From the human T2T-CHM13v2.0 reference genome, Homo sapiens, in assembly GCF_009914755.1 (NCBI RefSeq), contig NC_060946.1: a stretch of DNA of 64,000 bases; one strand, given 5' to 3'. Position numbers and translations under genes: made by a program. The notes below the pieces were generated by a model that did not search any database, was not told the DNA's origin, and worked only from the letters and a program-made list of their open reading frames with translations. Positions 41,630 to 55,990 of the stretch are shown here, in pieces (position 1 is the stretch's first letter; each line of letters opens with the position of its first letter).

Positions 41630-42175
41630 ACTCACAACAGGAAAAGGTGGAAACAGGCCAAACGTCCACTCGTGGATGAACGGTTGGACAGAATGAGTTC
41701 TCTCTACAGGGCGGGAAGTCCTGACATAAAAGCTAGTGAAGTGCTGATACGTGCTACAACTTGCATGGAGCCTGAATCATTAAGTGCAACAGGCCAGTCA
41801 CAAAAAGATGTAAATATATCTATTTAATATAAGTGGAATCATACTATATACATAGCATAATCATACTATATAGTCATTTTATACACACACACACATACAT
41901 ATATACACACACACATAGTATGATTCCATTCATACGAAAGCCCAGAACAGGCAACTCTAGAGACAGAGTAGATTAGTGGTTGCTTAAAGCTGGGGAAGGG
42001 GGAAAGGGGAGAGGGGAAGTGACAGCCAAGGGGTTTCTTTTATAGGCGACAAAAATATTCTAAAATGGATGGTAGTGAAGGCTGTACAGATCTGTCAATA
42101 TGCTAAAAACCACTGAATGGTACACTTTAAATGGGTGAGTAAGTCTATGTAAAGTATATCTCAATAAAGCTGTTT
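41630..42175 (+). mobile_element. L1MB-like 3' end with internal CA/TA microsatellite
   Basis: aaaaggtggaaaca...agagacagagtagattagtggttg...tacactttaaatgggtga...tatctcaataaagctgtt. Confidence 0.8.
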
Positions 42176-45100
42176 TGTTGATGTTTTTAAGTAGACGCAG
42201 TGAAGGGGCTATCACAATCTTCCAGGTAAGAGATGGTAGTGGGTGGGCGCAGGGCGATGAAGGGATGGAGGGGTCCAGGAAACTCCAGCTGTGTGTGTGG
42301 GGGGTGTGAGAGGTGGGGGATGAAGGCCACACAGGTGGTAGCCAGGCTAACCAGGGGTGAAACCAGGCTAGGCCTTGCTGTCCCATTCCCACGATCTTCC
42401 CCTAGCAGTATTAAGTGTGGAGCTTTTGGAGTTGTACTGATTTTTTTCTGCAATGTATAATGATACTGTTTCAACAATGAGAACTGGCACTTTACATCAG
42501 AGAGATTAAAATGTACCTTTCTGGAGGAGAGTAAGCTTGGGAGGAGAGTTCGGAAAACAGAAAGTCCTGGTACCAAAGGACTGCAAACAATGTGGGGTGG
42601 GGCTGTGGATAACCCCCCAGCTTCATTCAGTGGCTGCTTCTAAGGTGGAATCCCCCATTGCTGGACACAGCTGGTAAGTCATGGTGAAGACACGTCTCAG
42701 CGCTGGGCGCGCACACAACACCTTTCAAGACAACGTACTTTTACTGCTGCACTCGGGGACAGCCTCTCAGAACCCAGAGTTCATCAGCTCCACGGACTCT
42801 TGGGGTAGTGCACAAGGTCCCAAGCTCACCTCCGGGGTCCTTCTCATGAGACCACAGCAGCATGGACTGCGGTTCAAACAGAAGGCTCTTCCCAACCTGA
42901 CTGTAAAGCTGCACCTGCATGAAGTTCAGGTCTGGAGATGCCAGCTCACACATGGCATCTAAATGCTGTGCTCGGAACTCCGAAGAGGGGACCTCCACCC
43001 ACCCAGTATTTACGCTGGGTCTTTAACTTACACAGAAGGGCTTGTTGCTTGACAATTTAGATAAAAATGTTACTGCCCCTGCATGTGCTGCAATCTCATG
43101 GTGTAAACCACTGGAGCAGCTAATGGAGTCTTCACACATCATATCTTGTTAAAGAAGAGGGCCCTCCACTATCTGAATCACAGCCCAGCAGCAAAGTGCA
43201 GCCACACCTGGGAAGGCAGCTTAGCTGGCCTGGGCCTGGCCACAACTCATCAGCTCTGACCAACTATCCTATGCCTCATTTTTTTTTTAGTGGAAAATAT
43301 GAACTTCATTTTCAAATAGCAAGGTCCTATGTAAACTCACTTCCTGTTAATTCCCTAGTCTCCGAATGGTAGGACAAAAACTAGACAGTTACACAGAAAA
43401 CATATCTCTATCTACCCTGACCAATAAGCTATCTACCACTATGAGTCCTTTAAACACCTTTACACACTTGTCCATGTTTCTTAAAGTAACTGAGAAAAAC
43501 ATCGCGCTAAGGGCATGAATGAGAAATTCATGGTTGGGCCCTGAAAGACAGGATTCCGCTGCTGGCGTACTGCTAACAGACCTGGATAACGGGGTCATCT
43601 GTTCATTTTACTATCTAGTTCATCATCCACATGTGCACTTTTAATTGAAACTTAACCTTTATATCCGATGTTCCAGCACAGAAAACATCTCTGGAGGTGG
43701 AGATGGTATAAGCGTTTCCCTAAGCGACTCTCTAAAAGAATTCTACCTTTAATTTTCTGTTGAGTTAAATAAACAAACTGTGACACACTTGCCTTTTCAC
43801 CTCCACTCCCCCATTTCGGCTCCTTCTGGGCAGGCTCTGGGGTGACCAAGTAGAGGCCTCTTCAAAACCCTAGTTCAGCCCAGAGTCACCTCCAAAGGCT
43901 TGTTCATCGACCTTTCCCCAGCTAAGCTGCCAATCACCACCAAACTCTCCCAAGGAGAGGGAGAGGGGAGTAAATGTTAAGTCTCCCTAACTCATTTCAT
44001 AGGTGACCTCTGAAAGATTTCAACGCAGAGCCTGGGAAAGACAAGGCGGCTTTATTAGCATGCTGAACCACGGCCGCAGCCCCCTCCCCTCCCTCTTTTA
44101 TGAGCCCTTGTTATATAAAATGCCACAAAGGGAAATGGAAAAACAACACCCTCGCAGTTAAAAACACAAGTTCCAATGGCCAGGCCAAATCCTGGCTGCT
44201 TACCCAATGTTGTTTAGTCATTTAAAAGGGAAACATTTCTAAAAGGCCGGAGAAAAAAAGTTTTCCTTGCTTTCTTTCTTTTTAAACACACACTCACACA
44301 CACAAAAAGATGGAGGTCAGTTCGCAAGCAAGCCTCCTTCCCGGAGTTCAAATTTAAAGGCAAAGGCAGCCCGGAGTCGGAGAGCTCCTTCCCGAAGCTG
44401 CCGCAACCTTCAAACAGGATTTTCAAATGTTTCTTTCGGCTTATCTAAATTCCGGCATGACAGATAATAAATAGCGACTCATTTACTATCATCATAAAAA
44501 TTTAAACAGCCTCGAAATAGTTGCTACAATACAGAAGAAATGATCAAACCCAAGCTCAGAAGAGTCATTCCAAATAGTAAAACTACTGCCAAGCAGAAAC
44601 ATAAAGAGACATTGTTCCAAGAAAAGCTCCTAGGTTATTGGATTTTTTCTTCTTCTCTCTCTCTTTTAAATCTTCTAGGAGCGTACGAGTCAACAACTTG
44701 CCGTTTTACCCAGTGAAAAAAGGGCTTAGTAACCCTCAGCTATCACACTGGACCAGATCTGGTGGCAGATTTTTTTTTTTTTTAAAGAAAGTATCTGATT
44801 TGATTCTACGCAGTGATTAAACAGCTTTGTGCTCTGCGGAAAAGGGTCTTCCGACCCCTCCCCCTCCAAAAATGGCATCAAAGCAATCAAAATGGTAATG
44901 CAGGGCCTGGGTCCCCTCCCCCCGCCAACTCCCCGACTTCGCCGGGGCCGCGCGCCGGGCCCCCCTCCGGCGGGAATGGAAGCTTCCACTCCCGGACGGG
45001 GGCGCGCGGCCGGGGGCGGGGGGGCCGCGGCACCAACTGAAAGGGGTTAGCGCATTTGTCCCAAGCCTTCGGTCCAGCCCGGCGGCCCAGACCAGGCGCG

Positions 45101-46432
45101 GGCCGCGGCACTGCCATCTTCCTTTCAGCAAGCCCGGCCCCCCCCAAACCCGCCACTCGCGCACGCCCCCTCCCATCACTTTTTAACTTTAAAGACTCGA
45201 CACGAACGCCCGGCCTCCGAATTCTCTCTCGCCAGGGTCACCGGCAGCCGCCCCAACCTCGTCCACGTCTCTCCCCTACGCCAGAAAATCCCCCGGGGGA
45301 GGGGGCGTCCGATCCGGCGGCCCGGGCTGGGGTGGGAGCGCGGGGGCAGGCCCGGGCGGGGGCGCGCGGGGGCGGGCCCGGAGCTGTCCAAGTTTGGCGC
45401 TGGCGGCTGCGGCCGGCATTCCGAAGGAAACGCGATCGATGGCCGGGGGCGCGGCGCGGGCGGGGGCGGGGCGCGAAGGAGGGAGGGAGGGGGCAGCGGA
45501 GGGAGGGAGGGGCGCCGCCGCCCCCGTGCCCGCCACAGCGGTGCCCCCAGCACGCCATTGGCTGCGCCGCTCAAAGTTCTCGGCTCGGGGCTGCGCGGGG
45601 AAGGGGCGGGTGTGCGAGTGCGGGGAGGGGGCGCGGCGGGGGAGGGGCAGCGGAGGAGGGGCGGGAGCCAGGGGGCGGGGGCGCGCGGCCGGCCGGGCTC
45701 TGGCGGCGGCATCTGTTCGTGGTGCTGAAACCCCGAGCGCTGAGCTCAGCGCAACTAAGTCACAATGGACAACTTTTCCTCCCCGGAGGGGGCCCGGAGG
45801 GGGGGGAGCGGTCGCGCCTCCGACGCGTGGGAGCTTCTCAGGTGTCCCCAACTACACCTAACGCCCGGAGCCCAAAGTTGGAGCAGAACTGGGGGGTCCC
45901 GGGGGCGCGTTTCTTTTGTTCCCCGGGAGCTGGCGTCAGGTTCCAAGAATAAAAAGTGAAGCTAGGGAAGTGGAAGGTGGTGGGGGGGAGGGAGCCTCGA
46001 GGAACGATTTCAAAACGAGGTTTGCCACGGAACCCAGAAATCGCTTCCAACGAGTTTGGTGTCCAGGCCCCCACGGCCGCCCCCCTCCGCCCCCATGGCC
46101 GCCTCAGCGCAAAGCGGGGGACTCCGAGCCGGGAGAAATCGCCACGTTCCAAAAACATGTCCACCACCTCAAAATGGACGCCGGGCCGCGCGCTGCCTTT
46201 TAAGTGAGCTCCTCTCTTCGGCCCCCGCAGGGCCCGGCTCTCCCTGCCGCCTCCGAGAACCCGGCTCTTTCTTTCCAGGAAAGGGGAGGGGTGGGGAACT
46301 TTGAGAACTGGAGACAGACCCCTCTGGGAGTCTGAGCGTGCGTCGCCCAGGCTGGCACTTTTTAGGGCGCCGCCAAAGTGCCCAGCCACCCTCCCGCCCC
46401 ATCCCAGGGGGGGCCGCGATCCCATCGCTTAC

Positions 46433-46498
46433 TTGTTTGTCGCTGAGCGCGGCGATCCGCGGCTGCCTTTCGTGGAGCTGCTTCTTGAGGTCGCCGTT
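46433..46498 (-). CDS. PHF21B: PHF21B exon 2 ([22 protein letters not shown]), N-terminal coiled-coil-like segment
   Basis: Acceptor ctcctccgtgtttccgcag| at 46499/46498, 66 nt open, donor CAA|GTAAG at 46433/46432. Homologous to recalled PHF21[23 protein letters not shown]. Confidence 0.95.
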
Positions 46499-46681
46499 CT
46501 GCGGAAACACGGAGGAGCGGGCTCAGGCAGGCCACCCGGGGTCAGGTGCACCCCAGCACCGCGGGCCGCGGCACCCCCCGCCCGGAGCCCCACGGGCGGG
46601 GCCGGCCGCAGCGCACCCCAAGTTTCCCGGGCCGCGTCCTGCACGCGCGGCGGCCGGGCAGTGCCGCGCGGGGCCGCTTAC

Positions 46682-46699
46682 CTGTGGCTGCCGCCTCAT
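46682..46699 (-). CDS. PHF21B: PHF21B alternative first exon 1b coding part (MRRQPQ)
   Basis: ATG AGG CGG CAG CCA CAG followed by consensus donor CAG|GTAAG at 46682/46681. Phase 0 and in frame with exon 2; agrees with my recall of an isoform starting MRRQPQ. Confidence 0.8.
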
Positions 46700-47383
46700 C
46701 GGGGCAGCTCGCGGGGCGGGGCGGGGGCCGAGGCCACCCGGCGGCGCGCCCCGAGCCGTGCAAGTTTGCAGGCCGGGGTGCGTGTGCGAGTGAGTGTGAG
46801 TGTGAGTGTGTGCCGGGGGAGGGGGGAGGAACAAAGAGCCAAGTAAACACGGCGAGTCCGTGTCGAGCAAAGCTCATAAATATTCAAGTCGCGTCCTAAT
46901 CTCCCCAACACACACACGCGCACGCCGAGCCCCGCTCAGGCTCCGGCCGCCACGCCGCCGCTCGCCAGCAGCGATCGCCAAAACTACTTCTGCACACCGG
47001 GCAGGTTCGCCCGGGGCGCGGGGGCCCGAGGGGAGGCCGGAAGGGGGCCTATTCGCACTCCCCTCCCCGGGACCGGCTCACGAAGGGGCCCCCTCCAGGC
47101 ACCCTCCCAGTCATGCAGACCCTACATCGCTTAAGAGAAGACTCCAGGCTCGGGTCCCACGCGTCCTCGATCCCGCAAACTGTGCAGGACAGCGCCAGGG
47201 GCAGGCGGAGGGGAGCCCAGAAGGGGGTCCGCGCGTGTGCTCACTCCCTCGCCCCCCGCCCCCGGGCAGGCTCCAGCCTGGAAGACCCAGAGACCCGGAA
47301 GAGAGGATGCTGGGCTCGGGTCCCCCGACCCCCTCACCCCGCAACACACTCCCCGGCCCCGGGCCCGGCCCCCGGCCACCTAC

Positions 47384-47437
47384 CTGGTGGCGCGCGAGTT
47401 CCACGGCGAGCGCCTCGGGCCGGCTCTGCAGCTCCAT
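47384..47437 (-). CDS. PHF21B: PHF21B exon 1a coding part (MELQSRPEALAVELARHQ)
   Basis: ATG at 47437 in strong context (GGGATGG). 18 codons are followed by donor CAG|GTAGGT at 47384/47383. The peptide matches the recalled PHF21B N-terminus and joins exon 2 in phase 0. Confidence 0.95.
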
Positions 47438-49018
47438 CCCGGCAACTTGGGCAGCACTTTGCGCTCACTTTGGCCCGGGCTCCCGGGAAGTTGCGCGGCT
47501 CCGCGGGGGCCAGAGCGGGCGCGGGCGGACGCGGCCTCCGGGCTGGGTTGGGGGGGACACGAGCCCCCTCCCCCACGGCCGAAAGGGAAGGGGGCTGGCG
47601 AAGGGGAAGACAGGCTTCCGGGCGCCGCGGCGCCGAGCCCTCGGCTGCCCCAACTCCTCAGGCTGCCCGGCAAGTTGCGCCGGGTCCCCGGGCTGCCGGC
47701 GCGGCCCGGAGCATGGCCCCCCCGGCGCCGGGAGCCCCGCGCAGCCCCGCGCGCGCCCGCCCAGCCGCCGCCGCCGCCGCCTCCTCCCGCGCGAGCCTCC
47801 CGCGGGCAGGGACTATATTTCCTCCGGCGCGCGCGCCTGGATCTCGTTGGGCCTCGGCAAAGTTGTGCCTCGGCACGATGCTAATTCGGCAGTGCCCGGA
47901 TGGAGCGGGCCGGGGCGGCGGGGGGCGGTGCCGGGACCCTCAGCCCGCCGCGCCCCGCCCCCGCCCCGCCCGCGCCTGCGCACTGCCGCCCCGCCGCGGC
48001 CCGGCACCCCGAGCGGAGAACAAAAGTGGCGGTGGACGGGGACGCACGGTCGCCGGCTCCGGGGACTGCTCGGGCCGGGCGCTCGGAGAGGACGACTGCG
48101 GAGTCATCCTCTCCGTCCCCGGGCCAACCCGGGGAACGCGGCGCCCCCACCCCCTGCGCCGTGTAACGCCGGGATCAGGACACTTTCCGCTGGGAGGCTG
48201 CGAGTCCGTGTTTCCATTTCTCCTCACCCTGGTCCTCGGCTCCCTCCTTTCCCCCCTCCTCCGCCTCCCTCTGATATTTTATTTAAATTCTTCCGTCCCC
48301 TCCTGTCCATACCAGCGCCGCGACTTGGGGGATTAAATTAGTCGCGTCGCCACATTCCCCCGCCGCCTGATGGCCTCCGTGTTGTTTAAACAGCAAGAAA
48401 ATTGATCTCTTGGCTCTTCCTTTAATGATTTTTTTTTACACGATTAAACTCTCAACAGATGTCACTGGACATTTTAAGACTCTTGTTAAGAGTCGTAAAC
48501 AGGCCCGGTCAATGCGACCTAAAACAATTATAATTACAGCTGCGGAGGTCGCGTTTCAGAACCCCCAGCCGCGCAGCCAGGAGGTTAATGTCCCAGAGTC
48601 ACTGTCACCACCTCGGGGCTGCCATCTTCATTCAGGTCGGAGTGCCGGGTGCCCTGTTGGCAGCAAACTGGCACGTTTGAAACACGCTGGGGAGAAAGGG
48701 TGCAATCATATGTCAAAGTAAACGTTTAAGCTGTTAAGTCGTTTTAACTTCAGATTCCTCTCCGGCAGCACAAAAAATACCCAAGCAAGCACCATCAGCA
48801 AATGTCCCTTTCAACATATGCCAACAGGTCACACATTGCTTTTGTTGGCAGAAGTTATTGGAATTCCCCCTTTTCTTTCTTTTCTTTTTTTTTTTTTTTT
48901 CAAGTGAGGACCCCAGTGTTGTTCTGCTCTCTGTTAGGGAATTTGTAATAAATTACGTGTTTGGGACCCCCAAACACAGATGGCCCCTCATCCCACAACC
49001 CAGCACCTCGCCTTCAGA

Positions 49019-49610
<592 letters not shown>

Positions 49611-49629
<19 letters not shown>

Positions 49630-49750
49630 AGGCTAATGTGCAGTGGTGAAATCATAGCTCACCACTGCCTCCACCTCACCTGCTCAAGCAATCCTCCCAC
49701 CTCAGCCTCCCAAGTAGCTGGGACCACAGTCACACCATAAGCCAACACTG
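49611..49750 (-). mobile_element. Old Alu monomer or fragment (J/FRAM-like)
   Basis: gagtctcattctgtcg...gctcaagcaatcctcccacctcagcctcccaagtagctggga. Confidence 0.75.
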
Positions 49751-51358
49751 GTTAATGTGGATGCAAAACTAGCCCGTGTTTGAAGTGGTCGTGATTCCTT
49801 TGGTTTTGCCCCAAGCAGGGAGAAGCAAGGTTCCTCAAATGCAAAACAAAGAGGCTGACTCAGGGTGCCCCAATAGGTACCCACTCCTCCCACTTCTGGG
49901 TTTAGCCCGGGTCAGGGTGGTGGCCTCCCTCCTTAGTGCTTTTGCTGGGCTGAACACCAGCCCAGGAAAGTGGACTGCCCTGGAGACCCATGCTTGGAGA
50001 GCCAGAGAGAAAGTGTGCAGAAAGAGGATTCCTACTGTAATCTCTGTAAATGCCACTGGCTTCTTGGTAAAAATTCAGAGTAATTTTATCAGCCACGTAG
50101 GGTAATTAAATCAACAGAGGATATTCAGGTCATCTTCAGTCCACACAGTCTCAGGCTGATGCTGGCCAGAGGATAGTGGCTCCGACTGTGGAATCTTAAA
50201 GCACTGTTTAAGTGCATGGTGTAGCAAAAGATCCGACAGAGACAGCAGAGACACAGGGCCCCTGTGTTAAACACAGAGCGAGAAAAATGACTGACAGGCA
50301 AAGGAAGGGTTAATTCTGAGAGGGGTGGTCTGAGAGGGGCTTGTCAAGAAGTAACTTGAGCAGAGCCTTGAGAATGTAGTAATACTGTTTGTTCTGAGTT
50401 TTACCATCCACATGGCACTCTTCATACCTGTTGTCTCCTGCCCTCGTTGAGTTCCGGGGGTAGGTCTGGTATCCCTATTTTACAGGTTAGAGGACTGAGG
50501 CTCAGGGCATTAGGTTACTTACAAGCCCTGTTGCCTGGAATTGGACCCACAGACTCAGGCAGCAGAGACCTGGATAGATGTGTAGCCTCTTCCCCGTCAG
50601 GGCTGGGAGATCTGGGCCAGTGGCTGAGGATGGATTTGCTTCCAGAGAAGAGCAGGCATAAGCCATGGGCCTGGGGTAGGCTGCAGGAGGGATCTCAGGG
50701 GGCCTGCAGTGCTCACTGGAGGAGAAAAACAGGACAGAAAAGATGGCAGGACCAGACCCCAAGGTCCTACAACACCATGCTGGGGTTTTAAATGTGTTAT
50801 GTGGACAAGGGGACCTGCCCAAGGTTTCCGCACAGGGGTATGAGACATGACCAGGCCTCTGCTCAGAGATGACCTGGTGGTAATGTGAAGGATATGGTGG
50901 AAACTGGATGTGGGGGCCAGTCAGGAGATGGGGGCCATGGTTAGTGAGAGAGGCACCTCTCTTGAGATTGGGGAGGGGGAGAAAAGGAGGAGGCCAGTGC
51001 AGATTTCTGGAGCCACCAAGGCCCCAGTACAGAGGAAGTGGGAGGGGGTTTGAACCTGTGGCGTGCGGTTCACCCACATGAGCGATTTCTCTGTTGGGGA
51101 CACAAGTTTTCCTTTAGTGTTACTGCTGCAGGGACCACTTACCGAGAGCCTTCCCTTTCCCCTCTGTAGTAGGCATTCTTCATGCCTTTTGATCCTATGG
51201 AGGTGGGTATATTTATCCCCACTTTACAGATGAGAAAACTGAGGCTCAAAGTGGTTCAGTAACTTTCCCAAGCTGCACAGCTATAAATGGGGTACACACC
51301 CATATCAGGGTCATAGGACAGCCCTGTCTATGCCTCTTGTCTGAGTAATATTGAATAG

Positions 51359-51678
<320 letters not shown>

Positions 51679-51693
51679 TAAATGGGTCCCAGC

Positions 51694-52106
<413 letters not shown>

Positions 52107-52507
52107 TTACACAGGCACTGTGCCCTTGGTCTACGACAGTAGCCAAGGTCAGGAGTGGCACCGTCTGGAGCCTGGGATCCCGGTGCAGAGGGCTCAGGTC
52201 CCAGCAGGGTCAAGCCACAGAGCCGACTGCAGCCTCACAGACTGTCACTGTCCTTCCTGCAAAGCAGGTGGCCAGGGCTTGTTCACCCACAGTAGAGTTG
52301 GGACATATCTGCCAGATACCGACAGGCTCTGACCTATATAGCCTAGCAGCCCCGTGCGTCTCCTTTGATGTTGTTGGGTACCTCCAGTCAACATGCCCCA
52401 GTCTGGGCTCAGCACCCTGGCCCAGCGCTCTCCATCTCCCAGGCAGCTGCACCCAGAGCCATCCTCTCCTCTCTCACACCCCGTAGCACGTACACCCCTG
52501 GTGTTCC

Positions 52508-52657
52508 TGTGGTATGATAGGAAATGTATCTGGTCTTTGTTCCCAAGCTCCTAAAACCCTTATTGTCTGAGTGATAGGACTGTCTTTTGTTCTTCATAAG
52601 GAGCCCCTTGAGGTCACACCTGAGTTTATGCTAATGAAGGGACTGAGGGTGGGCCCA
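52508..52657. mobile_element. LTR fragment (MER21-like)
   Basis: tgtggtatgata...ctcctaaaaccctt...cacacctgagtttatgctaatga. Confidence 0.55.
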
Positions 52658-52974
52658 GTCACCAGGCGGGAAGAGCTGTTGTCCTGCTAGACCCTGGCTG
52701 CCTTCTGCTAAGCTGCCTGGAGGCGGAGTGAATACCCAAGGGCTGGGTAGAGCCCCTCAGCACAGCAGGAAGGCACAGTGGAGGCTCCGAGGATGCTGGG
52801 CCAAGGCTGAGGCTCCTGAACACTTGAGAGGGAGAGGACAAGGAAGGAAGCCAGTGTGGCCAGTGCCCATCACCATGTGTGCCCGGCCCAGGCTGGGAGG
52901 CTGTTTCACATCATAACTCACTAAGTCTCCATGCTTCCTTCCACCCAAGAGGCAGATGTAATTACAACCCCCCA

Positions 52975-53275
52975 TGGAGGCATTGATCTCAGGCCCCCCT
53001 GCAGATACCGAAATCCATGGATGCTCAAGTCCCTGATATAAAATGATGTAGTATTTGCATATAACCTACACACATCCTCCCATGTACTCTCGATCTCCTG
53101 ACCTCGTGATCCGCCCACCTCGGCCTCCCAAAGTGCTGGGATTACAGGCGTGAGCCACCGTGCCCGGCCTGTATTATTTTTAATTGTTTTTTTAAATTTT
53201 TTTTTCCAAGAGATTTTCAATCCAGGCTTGGTGGAATCTGTAGATGCAGAAGCTGCAGATATGGAGGATCCACGG
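52975..53275. mobile_element. MER2-like DNA element whose centre is replaced by an about 80-bp Alu 5' fragment (53090-53169, minus)
   Basis: gataccgaaatccatggatgctcaagtccctgatataaaatg...tttgcatataacct...ggaatctgtagatgcagaa...gatatggagg. Confidence 0.7.
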
Positions 53276-53287
53276 TGCTAACTTTAG

Positions 53288-53422
<135 letters not shown>

Positions 53423-53452
53423 TAAAGGACTTTTTTTAAAGACCAGAGAGAC

Positions 53453-53608
53453 ACACACCTGTAGTCCCAGCTACTTAGGAGGCTGAAGCAGGAGGATCAC
53501 TTAAGCCCAGGAGTTCGAGGCTGCAGTAAGCTATGATCCCACCACTGCACTCCAGCCTAGGAGATAGAGTGAGACAACCCTGTCTCAATAAAAAATAAAT
53601 AAATAAAA
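53453..53608 (+). mobile_element. Alu right-arm fragment (J-type)
   Basis: cacctgtagtcccagctact...gaggctgcagt... plus A-rich tail. Confidence 0.8.
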
Positions 53609-53685
53609 GGCCCAGAGAAGATAATAATTTGTCCCAAGTCTTTGTACTCAGACAGGCTCCTGTTTAAATCCTGACTGTGGGCTAG

Positions 53686-54110
<425 letters not shown>

Positions 54111-54449
54111 CAGACCTGGAAGGTTGTTGTTCTATTCCCAGATACATTTTCTTATTTCCCCAGCAAACAACAGTACAATTTTCAAAGGCAGAATTCAAAA
54201 CCCAGGGAAACCAACCCCAACTCCCAGGGATGCTTCGTAAGGACGTTTCTGTATTGGCTCCAGCGGCCAGTTTCAGATGAGCACCCATGCAGCCAGCCAA
54301 TCATCAATACAACAAAACATTGTGGCACTATTAGAAAGAATGTTCTCGACGCTTGACCCATGCTAACTGGGACCCACCTGCCCTGTGGGGTGACGAGCTC
54401 CTCGTGACTGAAGATGATTTAGCCAGGCTGCTCTAGAGAGAACAGTATT

Positions 54450-54775
54450 TTGTGTTTGTTTTTTTGTTTTGTTTTGGTTTGGTTTTGGTTTTTTTTGAGA
54501 TGGAGTTTTGCTTTTGTGACCCAGGCTGGAGAGCAATGGCGTGATCTCAGCTCACCGCAACCTCTGCCTCCCGGTTCAAGCGATTCTCCTGCCTCCGCCT
54601 CCTGAATAGCTGGTATGATACACACACACCACCACACCCAGCTAATTTTGTATTTTTAGTACAGATGGGATTTCTCCATGTTGGTCAGGCTGGTCTCCAA
54701 CTCCGGACCTCAGATGACCTGCCCGCCTTGGCCTCCCAAAGTGCTGGGATTACAGGCGTGAGCCACCGCGCCCCA
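54450..54775 (-). mobile_element. Alu (AluSp-like)
   Basis: ctcaccgcaacc and tttctccatgttggtcagg; TSD gagaacagtattt. Confidence 0.88.
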
Positions 54776-55459
54776 CCGAGAACAGTATTTCTTTGCCTTC
54801 ATGATATATCCGGTTTCCTCCTCTGGGATGCTTGGTTCTACCTCCTAAAACTTGCAGTTTCAGTTGGAGAGATTAGACATGGAGTTATGTCTGTAAAAAT
54901 AAAAATAATACCAGCTAACATTTTATATACAGCTCACTACGAGCCAGGTCTCTTCCAAGTGCTCCCTGCACATCAATGTGTTTAATCCTTATAATCGCCC
55001 CATCTTAGAGGTGAGCAAATTGAGGCTCAGAAGGGCTACATGGTCTCACAGGCACACCCCTGTATGTAGCACAGCTGGGGTTCAGCCCTGTCCTCTTTGC
55101 AGTGCACCTGGGCAGAGAAGTGTAGAGGAGAGATGTCCTATTCTAGTGGAAGTGCCTCAGCGATGGTGCTTCCTTGCATCAGACACTGCTCCAGGAGCTC
55201 AACCCGCGTCACCTCTTTTAATGCCCACGACTCTACGACTGTCAAGATCCCCAATACACCGATGAGGGCACTGAGGCATGGGGAGAGATCTAAGGGTCTT
55301 GTCTTCCATCACTTGGCTGGTCAGTGACAAGACGGGGACTCTAACCCTGAACATCTGACTCCACCGCTTGGCCTTGCTATAGGAATGCGGAGAGAACATC
55401 TGAGCAAGAGATGATTCTGAGCAAACAACCTTGGGGCCTCCTGCTCTGCAGTTCCTGTT

Positions 55460-55990
<531 letters not shown>

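Larger units (their letters stand above)
44900..48400. promoter_or_regulatory. PHF21B: CpG island / PHF21B promoter region
   Basis: Very high GC and CpG density with many GGGCGG boxes. Contains the first exons, a FOX-like GTAAACA near 46843, an ACTATATTTCC ZNF143/THAP11-like motif near 47812 and (GCC)6 at 47764-47781. Confidence 0.92.

Noticed and set aside
46806-48341. 511-aa and 407-aa plus-strand ORFs, and 298 aa at 45056
   Set aside because: Pro/Arg/Gly/Ala-rich frames expected from stop-codon scarcity in a CpG island; antisense to the real exons.
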